From assembly GCA_040954595.2 (NCBI GenBank), contig CM082594.2:1134247-1198246 (forward strand): 64,000 nt of DNA. Reading direction: 5' to 3'. The notes below the pieces were generated by a model. That model had not been told where the DNA came from. It made no database searches and was given only the letters and a program-made list of their open reading frames with translations. Position numbers and translations under genes: made by a program. The stretch comes from Balanoglossus misakiensis. Its lineage: Eukaryota; Animalia; Hemichordata. Shown here piece by piece: positions 14,447 to 26,277 of the stretch. Every line of letters begins with the position of its first letter. Position 1 is the stretch's first letter.

Positions 14447-15340
14447 CTCTGAGGTAACCACTTAGCTTTCGTGACTGGTTGTTTAAGAATCCAAAAAACA
14501 TGAATTCTACCCAATGAATTCAACCCTTAGAATTTCACAACTGTAACAGAGTTTGCAGTCATGCACAAAAGTGTGTATCATACACATAAGAAATTTCTCA
14601 CATGTATTTTTATAAGGGCAATGCATTTGACTGTAAACAAACATTGACATCAGTCAGTAGCGCTATTTTGTCAGTGAAATGGCTTCATCATCATCCCTCC
14701 AACCAAAGTTGAAACAGAGTTGCAAATATTGCACAGCTTGAAATCATAAAATGTTGCAAAATTGAACCAACAGTTCGGTCAATGATCAAGTTCTTACAGC
14801 TATTATTAGAACCAGACAATCTCAGCGAACAAGAGACATGGGCCTTATTTGCAAGTCGAGTTAGAACTGCCTTTGCCTGCCCACGGACGCCCCAGTTTCA
14901 GCAAAAGTTATTGCATTAAAATGTGAGTATGGAGAACTATGCTCTGTGTTCCTTTTGTTAGCTTACATAGCTGTTGTCATTCTAGTTTTTCCTCTGTCCT
15001 GTGAACAGAGTTTCAGTTGCGAAAACTGACAGTTCTCAAAGTACAAAAGTACACCTAAATTGCCTCGGTGATGAGCATGCAGAATTTATCTGATGCTTTT
15101 TACTTGCAGAAGGACCCCACCAGTTGCAGATTGTCAATTCCATGGCACAAGGGAATTTACGCTTTGCATTCAAATATAAATAATTAAAACCTGTTTAATT
15201 TTTCTATATGTTCTTTAGTGATGATTCAAAAATATTATGACTGCTAGTGTGATTAATATTCTATTTTCAAAATGTGTTTCTCTTAATGATTATGAATACA
15301 TCAAAATTTATGCTTTAAAATTATATCATTTTACCTGAAA
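14447..15340 (+). repeat. Interspersed repeat family copy A (inverted relative to copy B, same orientation as copy C)
   Basis: For example, ggcttcatcatcatccctccaaccaaagttgaaacagagttgcaaatattgcacagc at ~14681 matches ~62851 directly and ~21410-21465 in reverse complement. Confidence 0.85.
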
Positions 15341-16501
15341 TATTGCAAATATTTGGAGGGTTGCATTTAATTTGAAGTTCTCGATCAAAGTTTTAGGCAT
15401 AAAAAAGGTGCTACACCCCCAATAAATTGGTAGCTATGAATTCAATTCAAAGAGTGTTGTAATGTCTGTTTTCCAACAGGGAGCCAGTTCAACAAAGCGC
15501 ATGAGGATAGTAAATCACCTTTGTGAATTTTGTGCACCACAGTAAGAATTCCCTAGAAACTGCAAACTAAATTGCAAAGCAATCAGACAAAAATGGCAGA
15601 AATTGCCAACAAAAAAAAAACAATATTGTCACTTCCATCACTGGGTTTGTTAAATTGTCATAAAATCACACCTAAGAACATGCAAACCAAATTTTAAAAA
15701 AAATGTGGGTAGAGGTTTCTGAGTATATGACGACCAAAATCACCCCAAAAATATACTTCAAAAATGAAAAACAAAATCTGTATAAAGTCTCAATAACATA
15801 AATACACACCAATTTCTAAAGCAATCTGACCAGTACCTTCTTGAGTTTCTGAGTTTAGAACAATTTCACATTGGTCCCAATGGTATATTGACATATACAA
15901 AATTGGACCTAAAGAGTAAAACACATTTCAAAGATTTTACAATTAAAGCCTCACAAGCTGCCAAATTTTACACATCTTTTACCACAATAACATTTTTCAA
16001 ATCATCCACCTATCCTTTAAAATCAGCACCATTGAGCCATATTACTTGAATTTGCATGGGGTTTGTCATCTCTCTGCGATGTGTACCCTCCATATGGAGG
16101 CTGATTAAAACAGGTGTGACTTCTTTAAATTGCAACATACAGGCACATTCATTAGTCAATAAAATGTTCATGTATACCTATCAGTCAGTTTGTTTAGATG
16201 AACAAATCTAAGATGGAAAGTAATATCATGAAAATACTGTAAGATTGGAAACTCTGAGTTTGAGTCTAAGGATAACAAGGGAACCTCTCTACTATTTGAA
16301 GCACCAAAGCTATGAAAAACTTCCTTCTTTCCCTCAAATATTTTTTATGAATATGTTCTACTCCGTGATTAAAATTTCCCTTTTACCAAATGTACATATG
16401 TAAGAGACGAGATTTTTTCAGCAAAATTTCAAATGGCCTAGGGTGACTTTTTACCTACTTACCCATATTGGGTAGCATGAAACACAGAATGGCATACCAG
16501 T

Positions 16502-17677
16502 GGGTTAGAGATACAGCGTTTTATATTAACATGAATTAACATGAAACTAAAAATTTGATGGTTTACTTAGGACTGCCTTGATCCATGGTAACCTCATTAA
16601 ATATGTACATATCTAATTCTAGGCTATCCAGTTGCGGTAGAAACCTGGACATGGACAACTTTGGGGTCAAAATCTTTTGACAAAATGTTGGGTGATCTTG
16701 GGTAAACTTTGACCTACATTCCTATATCTTGGCATCCGGCACAGATACATTCTTGACACTTGGAGTGATGGAACTGCATAATGGAGTATTATGTCTCAGC
16801 TAGTCACAGTGCTTTTGCTGTGTCTTTTATTCAGCCAAATTAGATGTTTTTCATTACACATTGGCTGTGTTTGCCAGTACATTTTAGCTGGTCACACTGC
16901 CTTAACACAATGTATTCTCAAAATACTCTGCAATCTTTATGAAGCATATACAGCAGACAAAGTTGTGGTAAGACTGAACTTGCCCTTCTTTGTGATTAAA
17001 GCATGACCGGCCTGTCTTAGGTGGCCCCTACCTAGAGGCTTTACCTGTCATTGGCTCACAGTCTGAGAAATCAGCTCTGCAGGGAAGTTAACGATGTAAC
17101 CCACCATTAAAGCTTGGATTTCCGCTTTTTGTATTTGATGCCTGGCTGAGGCCTTCTTAGGATCTACCCAACGCTGAGTAGGCTATCCCGTCATTGGCAC
17201 ACAGTCTCAGGGAGGGAGTCAAAAGTTCAGTATACCATCAAAGCCTTTATATTGTCCATTCTTTTTAGGAGAAGGCTGGCTGCTGTAGAAAAATGTTGAT
17301 CTCAAATTTATCATGTCCAAAAAGCCAGACTTCCAGCCCTATTGGTTAGGCTGGCATTAGGTAAGTACATAATTAATGAGGCAAGACATAATACTCAATC
17401 AAATAGTTCCATCACTCCAAGTGTCAAGGTTGTATCTGCTCCGGATGCTAAAATATAGGAATGTAGGTCAAAGTTTACCCAAGATCACACAAATGTTTGT
17501 CAAAAGATTTTGACCCCGAAGTTGTCCATGTCCAGGTTTCTACTTCAGCTGAATAGCCTAGAATTAGATATGCACATATTTAACGAGGTTACCATTGCTC
17601 AGGGGGGTCTTAAATTAACCATCAAATTTTAGTTTCATATTAATGCATATTAATATAAAATACTGTATCTCTAACCC
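16502..17677. mobile_element. Foldback-type element with ~290-bp diverged inverted arms (16502-16790 / 17390-17677)
   Basis: gggttagagatacag...ggggtcaaaatcttttgacaaa...acttggagtgatggaact is mirrored by agttccatcactccaagt...tttgtcaaaagattttgacccc...ctgtatctctaaccc. Confidence 0.7.
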
Positions 17678-19327
17678 TACAGGTAAGCCTAGAATTAGGT
17701 ACATGTACATGCGTAAGTTTTTGACAAGACAGTTAAGCTGTAATATATGTACATGAACCTTGACAATTGACTTAAAATAACATAAAGGCAGAACTGATAC
17801 TGATTGGAGATAGATATTACTAATGACAGTGATGTTAATTACACCAGGAATGTTTGTCTTAGTATACGGTAGCTAACCGACTGCTTGAGGTTAAGTAATG
17901 AAAGTGCCCACTTGCGATTCACCTTCAAATAGCTACTTAGTCTTTGGTACATGTACATTGTTTTTCCAATGATTAGACAAAGGATATACATACGTGTAAT
18001 TAAGGTTGTGTAGCATTTTCAATGTAATAAGCCCTGCCTTCACTATAATCTTACACCAAATCAACACTGTTCAGTAATGTGATAGGCTTCAAAGCGACGC
18101 TAGTTACATCATAATTCCCAGCAAGGGGTATTAGTTTATTGGGCAAGTGGCATGAGTGAGGCCAGACATTAGTTTTGGAAGCAAAGCGGACAGAACACTG
18201 CCGGGCATAGACTAGGTAGTTCTGAATGTGACCATGGACGTTACCACATTAGACTCTGTATTGTAAGTTTCTGAAGAATCGCAAAAAATCATCAACAGTC
18301 TACATGTACTTCAACCTTGTGAGAAGTACTGTATAACACACAGGATATACTAGTCACTGTTGGTCAGGTTATTACACACTGTGGTCCCATCTGGGGATTA
18401 CACAAAATTAGGTATGTCTGTGTTCATGGGAAAAATCATGTGACATTGGCAAGCAGATATGACCTACTGTAAGAACATTTCAAAGGAACCAGACAAGTAT
18501 TTTAGGGAAAACAACATTCAACAATGACAAAAACTGCCTCAAACCACATCTATCCAACTATCAACAAATTGTATAATATCTACTTCAATCACCACGCCTA
18601 CCAAAGTTGAAAGCAATCTGACTAGTAGTTTCAAAGAATACAAATTGCAAAAATTGCCCCAAGACCACAATATGTAAATTTCACCAAAATGATATACAAC
18701 ATTACTTGGGTTACCTCTTGGAACAAGCATACCAAAATTTAAAAGCAATCTAAGGAGTTTCTCAGAAAATGAATTTTGACCAAAAATGACAGATTACAAA
18801 TTCTGCGACAATTTAAACAAAACCAACTAAGATCACCTACCGGAAGTGTCATACTAAATTCTAAAGAAATCAGCCAATCTCTTTAAGAGGAAAAGATTTT
18901 TTTTCAAATGGTAAAACAAGACAAAATAATTGCATAAAAAATAGACAATTCACGATATAAACTCAAAGTATATCAGGTATAAGGACATTACCTACATGCA
19001 TACAAATGTTCAAAGCAGTCTAACCAGTTGTTGAGTTTTGATCAATTCCACATATTTCACAGGTTATTTGCGTATTTTTGCAATGACAACTTCATTTAAG
19101 CAAAATCCCATCTACACACCAAATATCAAGGTGATACGCGAAGTGGTTTCATGTTTTGGATCAGGGCAGACATACATCCATATATACATGTAACATGCAT
19201 ACACACATGTACACACACACACAAACACATGCATACATGCATACATACATACATACGTACATACATACATACATACAGAGGGAAACGGTCTGGTAATCAA
19301 TGTTGTGACACTAGCATTAGGCCTTAA

Positions 19328-19767
19328 ACCCCGGTGCGGAAAGTACTGGGGTTCGGATTAACGTGTGTTTGTACAGTTGTTTATTTGGGAGTGGTCGTCG
19401 TGCATAATAACTGTGTAATTGATCTCATGTACATAGAAAATAATTGAACACTTTACACCTCTATGCGATTGACAGCTGTTTGAATGGCGTGGTTATTGTT
19501 TCCCAGGGATGCTTCTGAAAAGCACTGAAACCAGATTTCTCCCAAAATCATCGTTGTTTCAAAAGCTCGTGTACTTTTTCATCGATAACTTTATGTTGTG
19601 TGTGTTTATAAAGCCAACCACTGTCGTTGTGTGGTGTAATTCTTTATGCTTGGATCTGTTTGGGCCGATTTTCATAGAGCCAAGATCGTTGGTGTTGTCT
19701 GTTGTCAGTCAAACGGCATTAAGATTCGCCACTGATTTGGGGGGTCTTTTATACCACGCATCGGGGT
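19328..19767. mobile_element. Kolobok-like MITE (TTAA TSD)
   Basis: ttaa|accccggtgcg ... cgcatcggggt|ttaa. Confidence 0.75.
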
Positions 19768-19771
19768 TTAA

Positions 19772-20750
19772 GGTAGTTGGAAAGGCTATTTTTGAAGCAA
19801 ATTCTCTCAATGTTTGTGAATTTATTTTCACAAGTTAGAATAAAGATAATGACTTGAAATTTGCAGCATGTGTTCTTAACAAACTAAAAAGTGAGGGAAA
19901 AATATGACTGTAAAAATATCTGCTAAAATTATGAAATTTGATACGCCTAAATATAAATATTCATAATTTTACAAAATATTGATTGAATCTTGACATGTTT
20001 TCACAAATTATTGAATAATTTGTATTCATTTTAATATGAAGCAACCCCTCCAGCAATGTATGGGACACTTTCAGCAAAAACTTATTTTTTTCAAAGTTAT
20101 CACTCAGGAAAACACAGTTTTTGTTGATTTTTTGTATACAACTTTAACGTGCTGCCAAAACACAACGGGAAAACTTATGAAAAAACTGTCCCGTAAAATT
20201 GTTCTTTGGGATGTCCCGAGCCTTTCCTGAAAGTTTCATGATAAAAAAAATATCTGGCATACCTATTCAATCACAAATAAAAACCATTACATTATGGCGA
20301 AGGGCAGAAAAGTAGCGAAATACGCAAAGTTTAGCGGCAGTTCACGGCGAAGGATCGCATTTATCTGGGTCAAACGCTTTTCCGCTGGCTTTTCGGGATC
20401 CCTAGAAATGCAAAAATGTCCATAATTTGGCAGCCTTTAATAAACAAGCAAGGTTATCTATCGTTGAAAATTGCAAGAATCAGTGTTTGCAAGTTACATT
20501 TAAATGCCCTTGGCTAGGGGAACCCGTCCTTGTGCGCATAGCCTAGGAGAAGTCTTTCCCTAGAGGGCGCTCAAATAAGGCTCCCTAGCTTCCTTGCCAG
20601 ATGAATGAAATTAGGTATCATAAAACCAGCCATATCTTGTTACACGTTTATTGCCCCGAATGAGTTTAATTTTTCTCTAATACATTTCTAGATATAAATT
20701 CAGTGTTTTTAAATGAAATTTTAACTGACGCCCTAGTCTGTCCAACTACC
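19772..20750. mobile_element. Second Kolobok-like non-autonomous element sharing the same TTAA
   Basis: ttaa|ggtagttgga ... tccaactacc|ttaa. The empty site is visible in the paralogous copy near 63543. Confidence 0.8.
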
Positions 20751-22547
20751 TTAATGTTTACGATATCAGGACAATTTATATCATATGAAGTTTTATGTAT
20801 TCATAATTATTCAGAGAAGCAAATTTTTAAAAATGTGAAATTGTTATCAATCGGATGTGCACTGACAGCATGCTTATATGGAATACAGGTACTTTAACAC
20901 AATCAGTCATAACACTTTTGAATCATCAATAAATAACATATAGAATAATTTTACAGGATTTAATTATTTATATTTGAACGCAAAGCGTAAATTCCCTTGT
21001 GCCATGGAATTCACAATCTGCAACTGGTGGGGTCCTTCTGCCAGTAAGAAGCATCAGATAAATTCTGCATGCTCATCACCGAGGCAATTTAGGTGTACTT
21101 TTGTACTTTGAGAACTGTCGGTTTTCGCAACTGAAACTCTGCTCACAGGACGGAGGAAAAACTAGAATGACAACAGCTATGTAAGCTAACAAAAGAAACA
21201 CAGAGCATAGTTCTCCATACTCATATTTTAATGCAATAATTTTTGCTGAAATTGGGGCGTCCGTGGGCAGGCAAAGGCAGTTCTAACTCAACTTGCAAAT
21301 CAGGCCCATGTCTCTTGTTCCCTGAGACTGTCTGGTTCTAATAATAGCTGTAAGAACATAATCGTTGACCAAACGGTTGGTTCAATTTTGCAACATTTTA
21401 TGATTTCAAGCTGTGCAATATTTGCAACTCTGTTTCAACTTTGGTTGGAGGGATGATGATGAAGCCATTTCACTGACAAAATAGCACTACTAACTGACAT
21501 CCATATTTGTTTACAGTCAAATGCATTGCCATCAGATAAATGCATACGAAAAAATTCTTATGTGAATAATACACACTATCTTGCACAACTGCAAACTCTG
21601 TCACATTTGTGACATTTTAAGGAAATTCATTCATTGGGTAGCTTTATGAATTCTTAAACAAACTTAGTCATGAAACCTAAATGGTTACCTTACACATCTG
21701 GCGGCTCGACTTCTGTGATATAATAGTCTTCAATTAATGTGTATGTGATTCCATACAAATCCATATGATTACCTGAACGTACAAAATCAATTAAAAATAA
21801 AAAATAAATTAAAAATAAATAAGTATCTCATACATATGCATAAGTGCTTGTGATAAATATATCCTGTATTTAAATAAACCTGTCATTTATTGACCTCGTT
21901 TTCCTATTAACCCAAAGGACTAGATTGCACTGTAGTATTATTACAGCTTCATTTCAATGCAACAGGTACACTACATCATATTGGAGCAAATATGCCAGCT
22001 CAACATTGATATAAAGAGTGTCAAAATATTGGTGGCTACAAAAGCTTGTGTCCCTTCAATCCATCCTCGCACTCAGGTGAAAACGAACGTCATTAGTTTT
22101 TGGGAAAAAACCTCTGAAATCAATTTCGGTGAGGCCAAATGTGTTCCAAAGGCAAACCGTTTCTGGTAAACAAATCAATGGCAAATAATTACTTCGGCGA
22201 CATACCAATCAGTCAACATGGCTGCCTAATCGTTGGATAGCCCGGTTTCACCTCGCGATCATTCTATCTTCCGATATGGCGTTGCATGGTTAAATTCGTC
22301 TCTTCTTTGCCGACATAGTCGGGCGACAGCGGTCCAGAAGCATAGGCAGCGACGCCATCTTGTTTACAATGTGAAGTATCGACTGCGCATGCTCAATAAT
22401 TTTCCGCGGTTTTTTTTTGCCAACGGCGCGCGCGCGGTGTCTGGTATAGAGAAAATAACATGCAAGTGCGCGATTATTCATTTGTAAAAAATCAGTTATA
22501 CATTTGTCATCAACGTTTGAAAACTTTCAATGATCTTACCTCGGTAA

Positions 22548-23352
22548 GGCTACATTCACAAACACCTCTGGAGGGGGGGGGGCAGGAGAATTGAGGGGGG
22601 GATTTGAAAAAATTGAGGGTATGTAAGGGGGGGATTTGAAATAATTTAGGGACTGAAAGGGGGGGACTTGAAAACTTTGACGACTAAATATTTATTTTGA
22701 GTCCACAAAAATGCAGTTTCGCGCCCTTTATTTTACAAAATTTTCTAATGTGGGAGGGGGACACCCCCTCCCACACCCACCCCCTACATTCATCGACACC
22801 TTTCAATCTTTGACTGGTTTATCTAGTGTCCCAGGTCAGGGGACTTGCCCCCAGCCCATGATAACTTTGAGCCCCGACGGTTAAATTTGTCCTCCCTAAC
22901 ATACTGGTCGTTGAGTTAATTTGCTTTTGCCGGGTTCATTTAAATGCAGCTTTGAGCTCTGTATTTTATAAAATTTTCTTACGTGGGAGGGGGACACCCC
23001 CTCCCAAACCCACCCCCTTCAATTCTCGGTTTACAATGTCTCCCAACACAGAATACACATTCTTAAAAATTAAAAACAATGTTCAGTTTTAATACCCACT
23101 GATGAGAGGAAACATCAATTTCAAATTATTTTCATGGGAGCGCTGTTTTTCTTTTTTACAAGATATTAGATAGATAGGTGATGTGTTTCGCTGTGTGAAA
23201 GAAAATGGGGGGGGGGATTTCAAATTTTTAGCAGTTCGGAAGGGGGGTATTTGAAAATATTTCGGGTTGTGTAGGGGGGCATGTGAAAATTAACGGTAAA
23301 AAAAATTGAATTCTCACCCCCCCCCCCTCCAGAGGTGTTTGTGAATGCAGCC
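22548..23352. mobile_element. PIF/Harbinger-type MITE (~805 bp, TAA TSD)
   Basis: taa|ggctacattcacaaacacctctggagggg ... cccctccagaggtgtttgtgaatgcagcc|taa. A near-identical copy lies at 46887-47695. Confidence 0.88.
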
Positions 23353-23865
23353 TAAGCATTTCAAATAGGTACAGTTTTATTTAGAACCATCGTATGTGGA
23401 AAATAATAAAACACAGAGTGGGGATTTGCCCTATGTTTGACTTGATCATACCCAGCTCGGTTTGCGTTTTGTCATTGACGAGGGTGTCAGACTTTTGCTG
23501 AGAGAGTGAGTTTCTATAGCGTAAACGTTTATCGACTGGACTTTCTGTGCGCCAACAATTACATTATTTGTGGCCGGGGAACACGTGCAACTTTTGATGA
23601 CTGTTTTTCTAGCGCCGTGTTTTTATCTTACGACCTAGAATACCTGCTTGCGTCACTATGGTCTGCTCTGCACGTACTATGCTTTCCAGTTTATGTAGCT
23701 TGAAGTTGTACCACATTTTGGTTTCCGAGCTGTAGCGAACATAAAACCGAAACTAATAGCTACGTGTTGACCTCAGCGACTGCGTGTTTTTTTTGTTGAG
23801 CTCGCTAAATTCCAAGTATTCCCAACCTACAGTTTATTCTCATGCAGCTCAGACTGAGGTCGCTT

Positions 23866-24198
23866 CTAAGAGAAAAAACAACAACATATTTTGGCTGCTG
23901 CCAGACCAGGAATGGAAAATCTTGAGTGGCGCTGGGCTGCATTTCTCTGTAGGACTGTAGTTCTATTGTGCAAGGGTTCGCCAGCATCGCCTTCAGACTT
24001 GTTGTCATAGTCACTGGTGGCGGTTTGTCCTGCACTACTCGTCGTTCTATTTGATGTGGTGGTATTATTCCCAGATGTCTGTGCCGAGGATCCTGCCCGT
24101 TTTCCGATTCTCTTCGTTTTGTCGGCCATTTGCTTCACTTTTTCTGTCATTGTTGAGACGTCAGTCTCTGTTGTTGTTCGAAGGAGGCGAAAGTCCAT
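23866..24198 (-). CDS. Possible small 110-aa S/T-rich protein ending in CCCFFS; function unknown
   Basis: ATG-started ORF in non-repetitive sequence with higher GC than its surroundings. No recognisable domain. Confidence 0.25.
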   Translation of the reverse strand: MDFRLLRTTTETDVSTMTEKVKQMADKTKRIGKRAGSSAQTSGNNTTTSNRTTSSAGQTATSDYDNKSEGDAGEPLHNRTTVLQRNAAQRHSRFSIPGLAAAKICCCFFS

Positions 24199-24293
24199 TC
24201 ACCATTAATAGCCGAATTTCCAAGATCGTCCGTTAATTACAATGCGACGTCACGCTATCATGTCCTAAGAAAGACTACAGGGCACATTTTTTT

Positions 24294-24450
24294 ATCTCGT
24301 GCGCACGACTTACGTGTGCATGTGATATTTTCTCGTGAACACGAGTGCGCTCGCAATTTTCTCGTGCGCACGAGATATGCACGAGATAGCATGTTTCTCG
24401 TGCACACGAGAAAACATCTCGCTGGAACAAGATACTATCTCTTGCTCAAG
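24294..24450. repeat. Cluster of palindromic ctcgtgcgcacgag motifs (probable MITE remnant)
   Basis: Repeated tctcgtg(c/a)(g/a)cacga motifs. Confidence 0.55.
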
Positions 24451-26277
24451 AAATAGAATAACTGGCAGCCACTATGATGTCTGCCACAGGCAAATTTAAA
24501 TATTCCACTCTGGATCTTCTTTCAGCCCTTCGGAAAACATGAGCATTTATGAAATCCGGCTCTCAATTTTTCGAGAAGTTCCAGCAGTTGTGGTGTCGCC
24601 AAAAACGAATGTATGCCATTCCTGGCGGAAAAAAATATGCAAGAGACGCTTGCAATACACTGCCATCTACCTGACCGCCCTACATGCCTTAATGTAAGGT
24701 AGAAGGTCGGGCGGTAGGAAGAGTTCACCAAAAGAGGGCGCATTTTATCATCCATTGATTTATACTGTGTACGAGCAGAGAAGCCTCAGTGTTCGCGGTT
24801 AGAACCGTATCGGTAAGACAAAGACAGAAGAGTTGACAGACAACAAACTTATTCAGTTTATATCATATAATTCTTACTGTAAAACGTTCCCTGAATAAAG
24901 CCTTGTGCTCATAAGAACATTGAAGATTGTCGCATACAGACCGACACCCTTTTATCTATTGTAGGTATTGAATGGAACGCTAAATACCTGTGTATTTCTT
25001 ATTCATTAAGCAATGATGTAACACAACAAGTTTCGGACAGTGTGAAGAAAGGGCCAAAGCACTCTTGCAAGTTAGTGTGGTGTACTCTTTTCCAACACTG
25101 CTGCAAGCTGTTCAGCACCTGATGCTGCTTGTATCTCCGATGACAAATGGACAGTCTGTGTGCTGTCAAAGTAAATCCATCAATTTTGCGGAGCTGAAAG
25201 GAAAATGACAGCTTGTCAAACTCAAATCTGCCAGACGAAATAGGGAAAGAAATGCATAACAGGTAATCCACCATACTATGAATTTTAGCCAGCATCCTAT
25301 GAAATGCGGTGAAACGGAACTGCAATTAATTTTAAATGAATTCTGCTCAAATAGTTTTCTTAGTTCTCAACATTGGATTGGAACCGTTAAATATAATGTA
25401 CTGTATAACATTATCATACAGGTTAGTATGTCAAATATTTTTCCATTTGGCATTTTCTTCTTGAGGTCATTTCAACAGTATGCACACCACAGTTTGTGAG
25501 ATATGGACAGAAACAAACTGGAATCTATGCAATGTTATAATAGTATATTATTGTTAACAAGAAAGCGGCAACTCTCTACCTGGCAGAGAATAATGATAGT
25601 CTTTTTGAAAAAAAGGGCGTGCTGAGGATATGGTCAGTCAAAAACATACATGTATAAGGTATGCCTGAACTAATTTTTAACATGGTGCACAAGCGTTTGC
25701 CCCATAGTAACTTAGTTAGATTCAAAATGGCCGCCATTTATGTAAGTGCGCCCTCAACAACTACCTTTGTGCGCATTCCCTGTAATGGGGAGGGCATTAT
25801 ATGCGCCTTGTTTGCATGATTTAAACATCACTTAAAATGCACTTTCATGTATAGACTACCGATGAATTTCACTGTAATCGAACACTATATTATTTGTATT
25901 TCTATTTTGATCTTACAGTGAATAAAAATGACCATTTGAAGCCAATCATTTACAATCACCACGTACCTGGCCTGAATGTTTGCTTTTATTATGTTCACAA
26001 ACTTAACACACCATTGTTCTGGTTGTAAAGGCGGGTACAGGTTGGCTAGTAGTGAGGGGAACATGTACATTCAGTCTAGTTACTCGCTAAATTTTCAAGT
26101 ACTTGGTACATTATCTGAAAGTCACACAATTATTCACACAAGAGGCAATATGCAGGTTAAAGAGTTTTTATTATTAACATTTTACACATCAAATATATAT
26201 GTACAAAATTGGCATGGTAACAATCACAAAAATACTTTAAATCTTGCATTGTGATCTATTTACATTCACATTTACAT

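Larger units (their letters stand above)
19000..22397 (-). repeat. Interspersed repeat family copy B, carrying two nested TTAA insertions
   Basis: Reverse-complement match to 61698-63960. ORF 22233..22487 and ORF 61689..61877 share RDHSIFRYGVAWLNSSLLCRHSRATAVQKH. Confidence 0.8.
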
